Shown here: piece after piece, positions 18,593 to 35,785 of the stretch
Position numbering within the stretch: the first letter of the stretch is position 1
Layout of the letters: every line of letters starts with the position of its first letter
Source of the DNA: the human T2T-CHM13v2.0 reference genome, Homo sapiens
NCBI RefSeq assembly: GCF_009914755.1
Contig: NC_060929.1
Reading direction: 5' to 3' (one strand)
DNA: 64,000 nt
Notes under the pieces: model-generated
What the model was told of the DNA's origin: nothing
What the model saw: only the letters and a program-made list of their open reading frames with translations
Databases searched by the model: none
Made by a program: the position numbers and the translations under genes

Positions 18593-18660
18593 TTAGGTTG
18601 GTGCAAAAAGTAATAGCGGTTTTTACTGCCAAAATCACAATTACTTTTGCACCAATCTAT
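18593..18660. mobile_element. MADE1 (Hsmar1-derived mariner MITE)
   Basis: TTAGGTTGGTGCAAAAAGTAAT...ATTACTTTTGCACCAATCTA: mariner TIRs with a very short spacer. Confidence 0.92.
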
Positions 18661-20917
18661 AGATCTCATTTTTTTGGTAATTTTTTTCTAATAATAATTG
18701 TTGCTAACATTCTATCCTAAGGAGATGGGAAACAAAAGTATATGTAGAAAAAATTTGTTACAGAGCTTTTATGATAATAATAATAAGCAATCTAATGATC
18801 AATAATGATAGAATAGTTAAATGCATAATACGTTCACTAATTAAACTGTCATTCATTAAAACTATTTTTAAAAGTAATTTAACCACATGAAAAATGCTCA
18901 GAATATATTAAATGGGACAAAGGGACCAAGCAGAACACAAGTCTAAATGCATAATTTGAATTTCGTGTAAACAAATACACTCACTCTACATTTGTGTATA
19001 TGTATTCCAAAAGTAAATATATTACTATATTAGTAACAATGTATTTGTGGTGAAAACATATCTCATTGTTTTCTCTCTCCGTTTTTATGTTTGCCTGATT
19101 TCCTAAAATGGACATTTGAGGCAATAATATGTGCCAGGCATCTTAAGCATTTCACATGTTTCAAGTAAGATAAATCTCAAGACCTCCCTTGTGGTAGATT
19201 TTATATTCTCCATTCAGATGGAGAAACTAAGGCACATACAATAATTTGCCTGAGACCACAAACAACAATGTGGCAGAATATGGCACTCTCAATTCAAGGC
19301 CCTTTTGTTTCTGAGAAACTTACTGTAATCCACTAAGTTACAGTAGTTAATGTTTTTCTATAGGTTTTACAATGTTGATAAAAAACTAATAAATAAATTC
19401 CTTAGCACATCACACTAATAAATGAATTAATGAAGTACTTACATAAAAGTGTAATCAGATATTCAGCCTCAGTCTACCCTGAAACATTGGAATTTGATAG
19501 TTCAAAGCTCATGGATATGTCCCCATTTTTAATGTTTGTGTCAGACTACAGCTTTAGAGAAAAATAACAGGTTGTATTGTTGTTATTATTGATGTATCTT
19601 AAGTAATTTGGAGGACAAACAACATAATAATGAAGCTAAGTCTAGTGATTAGCTGATAAACCACTCCCTCTTTCATTGCCCAGAAATGCTATCCTGCATT
19701 GATAAGGACATGTTATGTAAAATAAATTTTTAGCCTCAGCTTACAACCTGTCTGCCTGAAATTAACTTTGGTGCTCTGGGGTTTCTTTTAATATTATTGA
19801 AGGACTAAATCCTACCCATATTTCCAACTGAAGGGAACATATATATTTTAAAGGAAAAAAATTCCTTTTAATTACTTGTAACAGTGTTGTTTTGCTTCAT
19901 TTCCATAGCACTCTAGTTAATAGTGTTTTCATTTATTATGCTCTACATTTTTAAATATATACTGATCAATAGGCGGTAGTAGTATTAATAAAAATTAAGA
20001 AATTATTTGACTGTATATGTTATTAGTGTTTTTAAAATATTTATACGTACTTATACACATAAGGACATTGTCATTTTCTATTCAAAACCAGTGCTTTCTA
20101 TGTTAGCTAAATAAATTATTATAAAATTTGCAATGATATCTCTGATATTTCTAAAAATAATCTCTGACTACAAAAATGCCATATTTTTACAAATAATATG
20201 GTATGTTTATTCAATATATATAAATTATCAGTAAATCCCTGATTTCAGATTTTTTAATGGCAAACTTTTTATCTATTATCAGTGTAACAGTTGACTATAG
20301 TGCAGAGATTTTTACCTAATTGCATGCCAGAGTTTAGTGAACCGAGCAGATCTATTAAACACCTCAGTGCAGTCTCTGCAGTACTCTTTCAGCAACAGAC
20401 GCAATAACCCTTTCTATATTTTATCTTTTATTTATAAATAAACAAAAATTTTCTGTGGTATGCAGCAGTTTGTCACAGATGGAAGAAAAAACAAAAACAG
20501 AAACTCCACAATAAACTTTGACATACTTTAACACAAACAGTCCTGTAACTGATCTTATGATATTTTTTATTAGAAGTCTAAAGAGGTTGACAAGATTTTT
20601 GACAAATATTTGAACACATATGATATATGTATATATGTATACAAAAATAGAGTAATTTTAGAAACAATAATTACGTCAATAACAATACAGTGTTTTTCCT
20701 CACTTTTAGGAAGGATGAGTGAAATATGAAGTGTTCTGAAAAATTACGTACTTTTCCTGTGAAGCCCAAAATTAGTGAATTGGGTGTCTAAGTGTATTAT
20801 ATATTTGAAATGTGGTACTATGATTTGAAATGAGCATAAAATCTCAATTCATTTTGAAAGTAGCTTTTAGTTCTGTAATGTGATTAAAGGCTTTGCAAGT
20901 TCTAATGGCAATAAATC

Positions 20918-21248
<331 letters not shown>

Positions 21249-23419
21249 TTTAATGGCAATAACTTTATATGGACATATTAGTGTTGGAATGAATTGCAAC
21301 TATTCCAAAATTCTGCTGCAAACTAGAAGAATCAAAAGGGGATCTAGTGTATTTTTTTCAAGTTCAAAATAATATATATACTATGAGTATGCTTAAACAT
21401 GTGTATATGTGTGTGATATGTATGCAGTAGTCTCAAGTGTACTCATAAGAAAATTATTTTCCAATAATTTTATTCATAACTGTTTTTTGCAAGTCAATAA
21501 AAACAAATTTTACATTTAATTCCATTTCAAGTTTTAAGAAAATTGCATATTAAATGTAAAAAGGGAAAAGCTAAGACATTCATGATTTAGTATTGTTCAT
21601 AACTTTGCAATCTAAGATTTCAAATATTTCAGGCCTTAATTTTGACAGTACATTTACTATAGTAATCAACTAAATCAAAGAAGCCATTCTCTAAGGGTAT
21701 AAGGTTTTCTAGGAGAAAAAATGCTGGTAATTAATGTGTCCCCTATGCTAACACATTTGAAAGACATTCAAGTATAACCGATGCAAATAATGGAGGAGGA
21801 ATAATTTGTCCCAAAGCAAATATAACCAAGATTATCAGGGAATAGCAAGTGAAACTGAAATAAAGGTGAATTCTATAAAAACTCATATTATTTTTTCTTA
21901 AGAAAGCCGTAGTGGTATAGAACTTTATGTGATGTTAATGTATACCACCATCCCAGCCACCAGAATAATCACTAGATCCAAGTTTTCTTTGATATCTGCT
22001 TGTATTTGTCTCTTTTTTAATATTTGAATTGATCTTTATTTATTCAGTATAAATCACTGAATGGTTGGTAGAAATGTTTTAATGAAAAATAACAAATTCC
22101 AAGAACAAAAAAAAAGCTGGTTATGTAATAGGTTATTTAATCTTTTTAAATGAAGCCTCATTTTAAAAATAAATAGACTAAAGACAGAGCAGTTAATTAT
22201 ATGCATTCTCTTGAGTTAGTTCTTTATGATTTGACAACTTGCACGGCAGCTGTTCCTGTAAATATGACAATAAATTTCTAAATCTCCGGAGAACTGGTAA
22301 ATACAGGCAGATGCACTTAACTGCTGGTGGGCAACAAAAGTCAGACTGCAGGAAACTGTGGCACTAATGTAGCTCTTGATTAATCTCTAATTACAGTTTT
22401 GTCATCTTAGCAGGGAGACAAAACTATATCACTTCCTAAATAGGCAAGCAGCATTTTGGCACCTAGCAACCAGCAGTTTGTTCCTATTAGCTGCAGTGGA
22501 CTTGATGCTGTTACATGGGAGGTGGTTATGGATCACTGCTCTATTATTTATGGAGCAGCATTTCCAGAGGCCTTCACAACAGTAGATAAATTAGCAGCTT
22601 AATAGGCCAGCACTAACTAAAAACACAGCACAAGCTGAAGCATCAAGTATGAAATTAAAATGTGACTTGCCCATAATGTTTACATCATACATAAAAGGCA
22701 TCACTCATTTATTTCTGTTCATTATTCAGCAAACATAACATAAATGTGAGCATATTATTGAAAACCATGTAAACATTTTTCAATCATTTTATATTATTTC
22801 ATAAAGTCCCTACATTGAATCATTGAATCTTTCAAAGGGACTTTTTTTTTTTTAATTCATTTTCCTCCCCCTGAAGAGATTCTCTTGGTTTCGTTTTTAA
22901 GCCCAGGACGTTAGGTGGCGAGCATTAATTAGGACTAGTGCAGCTACAAGAGAGCCCTAAGTATCTGTGTAAAAGTGCCTTATTAAGCTCAAAATGGGCA
23001 AATGAGGGTGATTCTCATCATGCTTCCATTTCCCTTTCACTCTGGATGCGAGGAAAAAGTCTAAGGAATGACCTCACACCTCTGCCTTGTGTCAGCAATT
23101 TGAAGGGGGATATAACATCCTTAAGTACTTTATTTTATTCAAAAGGCAAATCGCAAGCAGGTTTACTTAATTAAAATTACTGGACCATGTTTCTTAATCC
23201 TAACAGTAGAGATTACATTATAAATATGATCCTGCAGGAGAGATCCAAAATGTGATATTAAAAATGATCACAACTTTTCATTTCCTTTAATTTTTCTAAA
23301 AGTTATTTTTAAACAAAACATCATGGTACAAGGTGATAATATATATTTTTAAAACACCCCCTTTTATTTTTCAATTATAAAAATTCCTACTATAAGGAAC
23401 AGAATGATTTTCTGTGAGC

Positions 23420-23668
23420 ACATGTTCTCACTTATAAGCGGGAGCCGAATAATGAGAATTAATGAACACAAAGAAGGGAACAACAGACACAGTGGTCTAC
23501 TTGAGGGTGGGAGGAGGGAGAGAATCAGAAAAAATAACTATTGGGTGCTAGGCTTAATGCCTGAGTAATGAAATAATCTGTACAACAAACCCCAGTAACA
23601 TGAGTTTACCTACATAACAAACCTTCACATGTACCCCAAAACCTAAAACAAAATATAAAAAAAAATAG
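23420..23668 (+). mobile_element. LINE-1 3' UTR fragment (old L1PA/L1PB)
   Basis: CATGTTCTCACTTATAAG...TAATCTGTACAACAAACCCC...A-rich tail. Confidence 0.85.
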
Positions 23669-24158
23669 AGATTTATGGATGCAGATGTTTCTTCCAGCAT
23701 TACTACAAGCCTGAAAAATTGAAAATGGTTCAGTGTTTGATAGCAGAGGGTGCTGAGTAAGTTGGGACACAGAGCCACTGAAAATGCACAAGGGATAGAG
23801 GATTGGCTGGGCAATGTCCACCTGTGGGGACAGGAGAATACAGAGGATCTCAGGGCCTGAAGTGCTCCCCACCAGAGAAAAAAAAAAAAAAGAATTTCAT
23901 CGAAAAGAAAAATGTCCTATATTTACATCAATGTATTATGTATTATGCCTTAAGATTTTCTGATAACATAAGTAAAAAGGTTATTTTAAAAGCCTAACAT
24001 TGTAGCAACATATTATGAGCAAAGTGAAATTTATTTTTATTTAACTGACCAAGATAGCCTGTGACAAGAGTTAAGGTGCTATCTTACTGCAATATGACGA
24101 TTCACTCTAGAAGCTGTATTCATTTACAAATTTTTCTTTTAAGGAATTCTTTCTTGTG

Positions 24159-25510
24159 ATAATTCTATTTTTTCTTTTTTGAGGAACCATTATATTATTT
24201 TCCAAAATAGCTGCACTAATTTACATTTCCAGCAACAGTATACAAGGGTTCTCTTTGCTTCATAGCCTCACAAAAATTGTTATCTTTTGTCTTTTTGATC
24301 ATACCCATTCTAACAGGTGTCATGTGGTACCTCATTGCGGTTTTAATTTGCACTTCCATGATGATTATAGATGTGAGCATTTTTTCATAAATCTGTTGGT
24401 CATTTGTATCTCTGTTGAGAAATGTTTGTTTGAATCCTTTGGCATTTTTTTAACTGGGTTATTTGTTTTCTTGCTATTGAGTTGTTTGAGTTCCTTATAC
24501 ATTGTGCATATTAGCTCCTTATTAGATGTATGGTTTTGAAACATTTGCTCTCAATCTATGGGTTGTCTTTTCACTTGATTAACTGTTTTCTTTGTCATGC
24601 AAAAACCTTCTTAGTTTGATGCAATCCCATTTGTCTTGTTGATGCAAAAAGCCAAACTCTAAAATATTTAAAGTGGTTTATTCTGAGTCAGATGTGAGGA
24701 TCATGATCCATGACACAGCCTCAGGTGATTCTGAAACATGTGCCCAAGGCAATTGGGTCAGAACTCAATTTTATACATTTTAGAAGGACAGAAGTTACAG
24801 GCAGAGACATAATCAATACATGTAAGATATACGGGTCCAATTTTATTCTTCCACATGTGGATATTCAGTTTCTCCAACACCATTTATTAAAGACACTGTC
24901 CTTTCTCCACTGTGTGTTCTTGGTGCCTTTGTTGAAAAGTGATTAACTGTAAAATCCCACTTCTGGGTATATATCCAAAGGGATTAAAATCAGAATGTTC
25001 AAAAGATATCTACACTCCTATGTACATTTCAGCATTATTGGTAATAGCTAAGCTATGGAAGCACCTAATGTTCACCAATGGATAAATAAATAAAGAAAAT
25101 ATAGTATATATACACATTGGAATCCTACACAACCTTTAAAAAGAAGAGAATTCTGTCATTCACAACAATATGGATGGTACTGGAGGACATTATGCTAAGT
25201 AAAATAAGCCAGGCTCAGAAACAAATACTACATGATCTCACTTATATGTGGAATCTAACAAGGTCAACCTTACAAAAAGAGACAGTAGGAAATTGGTCGC
25301 CAGAGGCTGGGAGGCTGGGGAGAGAGAGAGAAGAATGGGGAAAGGGAAGGAAGATGTTCATCAAAGCGTACAAAGTCTGTTAGGTTGGAGAAATAAGTGT
25401 TAGTTATTTAGAATCATTTAGAAATCACTTAGAAAATAATTTTTAATGTTCTCATCACAAAAAATTATAAGTTGGTTAGGTGAAAAATACGTCAATTAGC
25501 TTGACTGAAA
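24159..25510. mobile_element. L1MA-type 3' fragment with an inverted 5' portion (- strand 24159-24952, + strand 24953-25510)
   Basis: Antisense L1 ORF2-end sequence switches to sense at ...AACTGTAA|AATCCCACTTCTGGG. Confidence 0.8.
24637..24825. mobile_element. ERV1 LTR fragment (MER4-group-like) inserted in the L1MA
   Basis: GGTTTATTCTGAG...CATGTGCCCAAGG...TTTTATACATTTTAG motifs typical of MER4-group LTR ends (recalled). Confidence 0.6.
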
Positions 25511-26037
25511 AGGAAAGAAAAGAAGGAAATAAGAAAGGGAAGGAGAGAGAAAAAGAAACTCTTAGAGATAAATCAAATCTCTACTATCACAAATTCTAAA
25601 TCTATTAATTCAGTATCATTATGTCACTTTACCATACAAGGTAACATTGGAAGATGATAAACTTTGGAAAGAAGGCCATGAGTTCAATTCTCACATGCAG
25701 AGTTTAAGTGACTTTGAGATATCCAAGTGAAGATGTAGGTAGCGAGTTGGATAGAGGTCTGGAAATCAAAGGAGAACTCAAAGCTCAAGATAGAAATTTC
25801 AGAATCATTGTCCTAGAGGCAGCAATTGAAGCCACAGGTATGGAGGAGATGGTCTAAAGACAGAGTATAACATGAAAGAACAATGAAAACACTTAAGAAT
25901 CAAGTAGAAAAAAATGAATTGGAAGAAGGCTGAGAAGAAATAGCCAAAAAGCATGAGAAAAGGTGGAGAACGTGTCATTGCCAATGCCCAGGGAAAGATG
26001 CTTTTGAAAAGTTGAAAAATCATTTGAATGCTACTTC

Positions 26038-26175
26038 AGAGGATCGCTTGAGCCCAGGAGTTTGAGGCTGCAGTGAGTGATCATGCCACCACCCTTCAGC
26101 CCGAATGACAAAGCATGACACATCTATATTTTTGTAATTCTTTTCTAAAAGAAAAAAAAATGAAAAAAAAAAAAA
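26038..26175 (+). mobile_element. 5'-truncated AluJ/FRAM right-arm fragment
   Basis: GAGGATCGCTTGAGCCCAGGAGTTTGAGGCTGCAGTGAG followed by an A-rich tail. Confidence 0.8.
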
Positions 26176-28984
26176 TCTCAGCCAAGCAAGCTTTGCCTCT
26201 GTCTCCACCAGTTTCTTCAAGAAGGGTAAGAAGCAATTAATTACATCCCTGTTCTTGAAAACCTTTGTTAGATTGATTTATCCAGACCTAGCACAGCCCA
26301 AGTTACCAAGTCGTTCACTGGAGACTCAAGTGTTCTCAATAGAAGCATACAGCATAGAGAAAGTAGTGGATTCTTTTGATTTTTTACTATTTCCTCCTGA
26401 TTCACAAACTTGAATCTTCATATGAGTAGTTCTCCTCTCCTGCTAGCTCATTTCCCCTTTTCAAGTTTCCAAATCTGCTGCCCCACATCTGCCCTTAGGA
26501 AATCCGTTTTCCCCTTAAGAGCATTGTGTTTCCCTTCCCCCACTACCATTCTCCTATACAATCTTGGTCTCCTTTTGTGTCTTACGGAGTAACGTATTTC
26601 AACTTAGTCCAGGTATCCACGAAGGCTTTCTTTTACAGCTTGTGATTCCAAATAGAAAATGACCTATAGGCCCAGAAGTGAGAGTAAGAGCAGATGCTCT
26701 CATTCTAGCTTCCTTCTCTACCAGGGATAGTTATGACTAGGTTTTCACTTGTTTATCTAAAAATCAAGCCCCTTTTGACCAAGCAAACATGAATGTTATT
26801 CCAGGGCTAACAGAGTCTAATATCATTTTAGTAAGTTATATTTCTTATTTGAGCATGATTTTGATCTTGCCCTTTGTGGGTCAATTATGTGAAAATTATT
26901 AGCAAAGTAATGTTTATGCTTTTTCTTGGGCAACACAATATAGGCACCATTATACAGTATAAGCAGGTGTCTTTCTCCTTTGGCCTTAAAAATGTCTCCA
27001 TACACAGAATGAGGGCAAAGAGGCCTGTAAATCACCATCCTTCTTAATCTTGGAGAAATTTAGAATGTATAGAATCCAGGGCAATGGTGAAAAGATTGGG
27101 AAGAGAGAGGAAGATAATCTCTCTTTAAAGAAGGGAAATGAGGCTAAAATAAGCACAGGTGCCCAAAATTAAAGAGTGAGGTTTGTTTCATGTCTTCTAT
27201 TTTTTCCATGATCTTGAAAACATGCTTATTTGTTGGGAGTAACTGTGGTGGATTGGCAAAATCGGAGTTTTTTGAAGAGTAAAAAAGTTTTGAAATAGCT
27301 TTTGCAGTGCATGCTTGAAGAGTCAATTAGAAAAACATAAGAGAATTTCTGTACTCATTAAAGAACATTTGAATTTGGTAATCACAATTTAACAATGGTA
27401 CCAATCTATATTAATTCATAATTTTCTTGAGCAATAATCAACTGCAAGACAATAGAGAGCAAATTTTTGCTCATGAAAGGCTGATGGTTTTTCCAGATTG
27501 ATAATATAAGATAAAGAAGCAAGATTGTTACTGAAATGATAGATCATGAGCCTAAGCAGGTTACTAATAAAAATTAGAAGAGGGGGCTAGAGTGATAGAA
27601 AGAAGAAAATTCACAAGAGGAAGTCAAGAGAAAGTTCTCATGGAAATAGTAGAGTTCTGGAATAATTTGTCAGAGAATCTCATGCTTTTTTCAAGGATTT
27701 GGAATGATAGAGCAGTTTCTGGTGGTAAAAGTGTAACTTTAGTAGTATGAATGAAGTAGAGATAAGGTATAAAAACACTTATAAGTCAGGAAATCCAATG
27801 AGTCAGTCATATGAATATTGACATCTCCATGGCTGATAGAGGAAACCATGAGTTACATGCCAAAGCTTACACTTTTATTATAAAGAGGGAGAGAATGATT
27901 TAGCTAAACGTATTAGCCCTGATGAACAGTTAGTTTACTTTACTTTAAATAATTGAGCTAGAGAATCATCGTCCAAAGAAACAATCAAGAACAAACAGGA
28001 CATTCTTTTATGTACTCACATAAATTTAATAATAATAATAATAATAATAAATTTTAAAAAAGGATATTCTTTTATGGAACCACAAATATTAAATAATAAT
28101 AATAAATTTAAAAGTTTAAAAAAAGAACAAGGACAACAACCCTAAGTTGTTATTCAAAGAGAGGAATTGTTACAAAGTAGCTGAGAAAAATTAATAACAC
28201 TGACAAGAAAATTTCAAAATATTTCATAGAAAATAATATAAATAAAATATTTTTTCTTAAAAATCAGATTTCTAGTGGTTCAGATAATTACAATTTTAAA
28301 TAGATAATATATATTGAAATGAAAAATAATTTTTAAAGTCATAGTTGTTTTGAGCATTTCTGGATGATTTTCTTTTATCCAAAGATGGGGAAAACCTCCA
28401 CGAAGCCTCAAGTAAGAGGTGTCATCCTGAGATACTATGTGAATAGGGTAGAAATGCCAGATAAAACCTTCCTTAGAAAGCACATGAAATGTACAGCTAA
28501 CCTCCTTACAGAAAAGATGTGGTCAATTAGTTTTAATAGCATAGATATTCAGGAAGATTTGTTTAATGATGACACCCTCATTTTACTGAATCAATACCAG
28601 GGAGTGTTTTACAATGAAATCTCTCTCTCTTGTGAGTAACTTACAATAAATAAATCCATAAATCTATCAAGTCCCTTTACTAGACTGAGAATCTATAAGA
28701 TATGCATGGTTAAAGATCAGCAAGATCTTTTGACACCAAATTTCCAGGTCAGCAAATGGGTCACTGGAGTTCTAGTAGTAAATTTGTGAAAGGCTATTCA
28801 AAATGATTTGCTCATTAAGGGTTGGTCTACTGAGCATGAAAAACCCATGCATAAATTTCTAAGGTATATATATCAAAAGTGGATTACATCTTTAGAAGAA
28901 ATAATCTGCTTGCTTGACATGCTAGCAGGTTTTGTCTTTCTTCTTAGATGTTGGTTAAATGTGTGCTTTCTGAAGTCCAGCTGT

Positions 28985-29185
28985 CTGAGTCAGAGTTTGG
29001 CTACTTACTAGCAGTGTGACATTGAACAGTGTACTCACTCTATGCCTTAATTTCCTGATCTATAAAATTAGGTAACACTAACATTCACTCATATGATATT
29101 TTTCAGAATTAAATGAATTAGTCTGTCCACAGTACTTACAACCGAAAATAATTCCAGGCACAGAGTAAGCACTCAATAATTCTAC
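28985..29185 (+). mobile_element. MIR SINE
   Basis: CTACTTACTAGCAGTGTGAC...TTTCCTGATCTATAAAAT...GTAAGCACTCAATAA core. Further MIR remnants probably lie near 7260, 9700, 14350, 17050, 19150, 29760 and 50050. Confidence 0.7.
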
Positions 29186-31244
29186 CATCTTAACATTATT
29201 TTATTCTTATTATTATTAATAGTAAGATTCCAGAGTAGTAATATTATATGCAATATTTCACAAAATAAAGGGGACATAAATGTACACATTTTTCTCAGGA
29301 CTATACCAGATTGTGTCTTTTACTGAAATTTCTACACATCAATATATCAGTTTTTAAATCAGAGGTATTGATTTTTGAGAAAGAATCAGAGTTACCACAT
29401 AAAAGAAAATGCTCAATTTTGTAAATAAAAAAAGTGAACCGCCTCATATACAAGAAATTGGATGGACATAGGCATTGATTCTTTACTGAAATATACAAGC
29501 TTATTGAAACTACAAATGATCCATTTACATAGACTCTTTGGGCTTTGTGTCCACTTGGGGATATTTGCCATCTTCCTCTTCCTTTTCCACATTAGGTCCT
29601 TGATTTCTGCTCTCCAAAATAACTCTTCATGCACATTTTAGCTTACCTCTGAAAAACTACAATTGCCATTTTAAAAATTTTAATCATGCTAATTCTCTTC
29701 CAGCAACCTGAAAATATTATCACACTGAAGTAGAAGTGCACATGTATTTAGCACTTACTATATGCCAGGACTGATTTTAAGCAATCCCATTAGCAGGAGA
29801 CTGAGATTTCAATCCCATATTACAAATGGGGAAGTAAAGAGGTGGAATGAGTTACTGAAATCCATAAAACCAGTAAACAGTGTAGGTAAATGGCAGATTT
29901 TCTTGAATGCAGAAATTCTTGCTGTAAGCAAACTGTTTAGGAGATGCAATCTATCATTGCCCCCAAGTCTCTCAACACATCTTTGCTGAGTATGCTATAT
30001 TGGAAGTCTCACCATCCATTGATCCTGAACCATTTCTGTAGGTAGTTACATAGTCAATTAAGTAGGTCAAGGCAACCACAGCATGACTGCCATGTGAGAG
30101 CTTGCTCTCCAAGGGAGATGGATTGGCTTACTTACAACTTTATCTATTGGTGCGATAAGCATTGAGCCCTTGCCTCTGGGTTCCTTTGTTGTAATGTAAC
30201 CTACTGAGTGTGAGGCCATTATATGGCTCATTGTTCACTTGTGGTGCTTAAGGGAGCCACTGCCACAATGTTGGTGCTTCTACTCTTTGCTGTGCTGTGA
30301 GCAATAAACTGTCGTATTCTGAACCACTGAGACTCATTGTCTACTTTCACCACCTATGAAGTTGTGGCAAGCCAATGTGCTTGTTTTCTTAGTTATTGCC
30401 TTCAGAGTCTTGATATTCCTTGCCAACCACTATGAGGTTGAGGTTCTTCCCTGACACATAGATCCTATTCACTAATATTATTGCCTTTCAGATTTATCCA
30501 CTGGATTCTTTAGCTCGCCCTCCCATTGCTAATCACCTGTGGATCCCTGGGTCAGGAAAGAATGGCATCCAGGATCAAATCTATAGGACTGAAAACATTA
30601 CATCCCACTTATTTTTTATATATCTGTAAGATTTTTCCAGGCAAAGCCATCTATACTTTATCTTTTCAACACCATCGCCCAGTACAGTTCATGGGATATA
30701 GAAGGCACTCAATACATGTGTGTTGAATGACTTAATATTTACACATTAAAAAATGAACAAATAAGCAAGTGAAATACTAAATGTACCATAAGTGGTGTTT
30801 CCTACTTAGGTAATCATTCTATTATCACTTTTTATATCTAGCTACCTACTGAGAGTAGTTAATATTCTTCTTCAAAATGTCTTTCTGCAGAAGGGCACTA
30901 TATAGTAAAAGTCAAATCATTAGCATTCAGTGATTCTGCATGTATTCTTTTTGAAAGGCCATGTGACCTTGTGTATTAATATCCCTTAACCTTCAGGATT
31001 AATCGGTAGAACTCTAACATAGATTTTCTACTAACATTTATTTCAAAGTTCATTCACTTTTTCTGAACTGCAGAATTCTCATTCTTAAAATGGAGCTATT
31101 AATATTTGCTTCGCTTATGTCAAGATTTTGTGAAAAGGAAAGGTGTATTAATCCATGCAAATCAGTTCCAAGGCATTTTGGCAGCAAGTAGTAGAAGAAG
31201 CAGTTTAAAATAGCTTAAACAAGAGATTTAAGAAAAATCTCTTA

Positions 31245-31546
31245 GGCCAGGTGTGGTGGCTCCCACCTGTAATCCCAGCACTTTGGGAGGCCGAGGTGGG
31301 TGGATCACCTGAGGTTGGGGGTTCGAGACCAGCCTGACCAACATGGTGAAACCCCATCTCTACTAAAAATACAAAATTAGCCTGGCATGGTGGCGTGCGC
31401 CTGCAATCCGAGCTACTTGTGAGGCAGAGGCAGGAAAGTCTCTTGAATCCAGGAAACGGAGGTTGTGGTGGGCCAAGACCACCCCATTGCACTCTGGCCT
31501 GGGAAACAAGAGCAAAACTCACTCTCAAAAAAAGAAAAAAAAAAAA
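31245..31546 (+). mobile_element. AluS
   Basis: Full dimer with a poly(A) tail. TSD about AAGAAAAATCT on both sides. Confidence 0.93.
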
Positions 31547-31615
31547 AGAAAAATCTATTTCTCTCAAAAATTTGAGACTCATTGTCTCAAATAATGAGTT
31601 AGGAGTCGGTGTGGC

Positions 31616-34471
<2,856 letters not shown>

Positions 34472-35339
34472 AGGAGTAGGTGTGGCTCCAGGTTTTATTA
34501 ATTCAGTGAATTGGCAATATCATTGGGTTATTGAACAATGATTGCTCCTTTTTCCTCTTTGCCATCTTGAGCATGGCTCTTTAATTCTCTTCCTGATACT
34601 AGAGTGGTTGCTGCAATTCTGTGGTTCTCACACAGATATGACAGCATCTAGAAACAAAACAAGGAGACATTGTATTTTTGTTGTTTCTTTCTAAGACAGA
34701 AGAAAATAAATCCCTTAGTTGATTACCCTTCATGTTTTATTTACAAAGGAATAGGACTACTGTGATTTTCTTTATAGCAGTGATTCCCAAGATGTATGTA
34801 TAATGATTCAGACTATTCCTTCTCTGCAAGCGATAGACAGATGAGCAAAAGTAGTAAATGAATGTCCACGAATTTATTTTCAGAGATTTGATCTTAGTTC
34901 AGTAGTAAAAAGAAGTAGTACAGTATTATTTTAATATTGTTGAAGAATTATCCACCCTTTATGACACATTGCTGAGTTAAAATTATCTTCTTATGCCAAA
35001 GGATAAATCTTCTAATCAGAATCAAAGGCTTCCATGCTGAGAACAATGAACATAATGCTGACATTAACTTCAGTTTTCACCAGTGAGCCCCACTAAACTC
35101 CCCTTCTCAATAACGTTTTTTTTTTTTTTTCTAATGTGCAGGTAGTCTTGCTGCTCAAAAATTGCAACAGTGTCAATTAGATCTATCACTTCCACATACG
35201 TGATTTTAGTGGACAAGCTCAATCTCTGTTTTCTGTCTGATGAAGGCATTCTTTTCACCTGCTGGCATACCTCATAGGAAAATGTATCTGCTACAAAAAA
35301 TTAGGTAATAGGAAATGAATTAACAAAAGCAGACTGAGG

Positions 35340-35785
35340 TCTTTTACAAGCTACCCACCAATAGCATTTGCACCAACAGTGTTGGCCCAAAGCCATAAAG
35401 GTAACTGGGTCTTCATAGAGAAGTACTACAGAAATTACACATGAGCAAGTACATCACCATCATTCCATGCAAGAAGCTCTGCAACGACATAGCAGACAGT
35501 GTCATGGATCTCATGAAGTAGATTCAAAGAGTCTCCAGGAGAGGCATCTACATTATGCTGCAGAAGGAGGAGAAGGAGAGGGAGATAATTATGTTTCTGA
35601 GGTCTCAGCCCTGGATCAAAAGATAAATGAAATAAATCTTGACACTTAGAAAATGCCAAAGCTGTTGGACTTTGGCAGTCTGTTTATCCTGCAGGTCAGT
35701 CAGCACATAGCTGGAATGAGTTTTCAAACACCACTTGGAGCTATTTGAATCTTTCTGCTATGCTGTTATATTTTCAATAAAATCA
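35340..35785 (+). pseudogene. RPS17: Processed pseudogene of 40S ribosomal protein S17
   Basis: Translated pieces IEKYY, IIPCKKL, DNYVSEVSALDQKINEINLDT and LLDFGSL..LQV match RPS17 ([33 protein letters not shown]). Intronless, with TGA at 35746-35748, AATAAA at 35776-35781, and internal stops/frameshifts. Confidence 0.9.

Noticed and set aside
31570-31592. 9-bp stem hairpin ATTTGAGAC/GTCTCAAAT near the L1 insertion site
   Set aside because: Short enough to occur by chance in 64 kb of AT-rich DNA.
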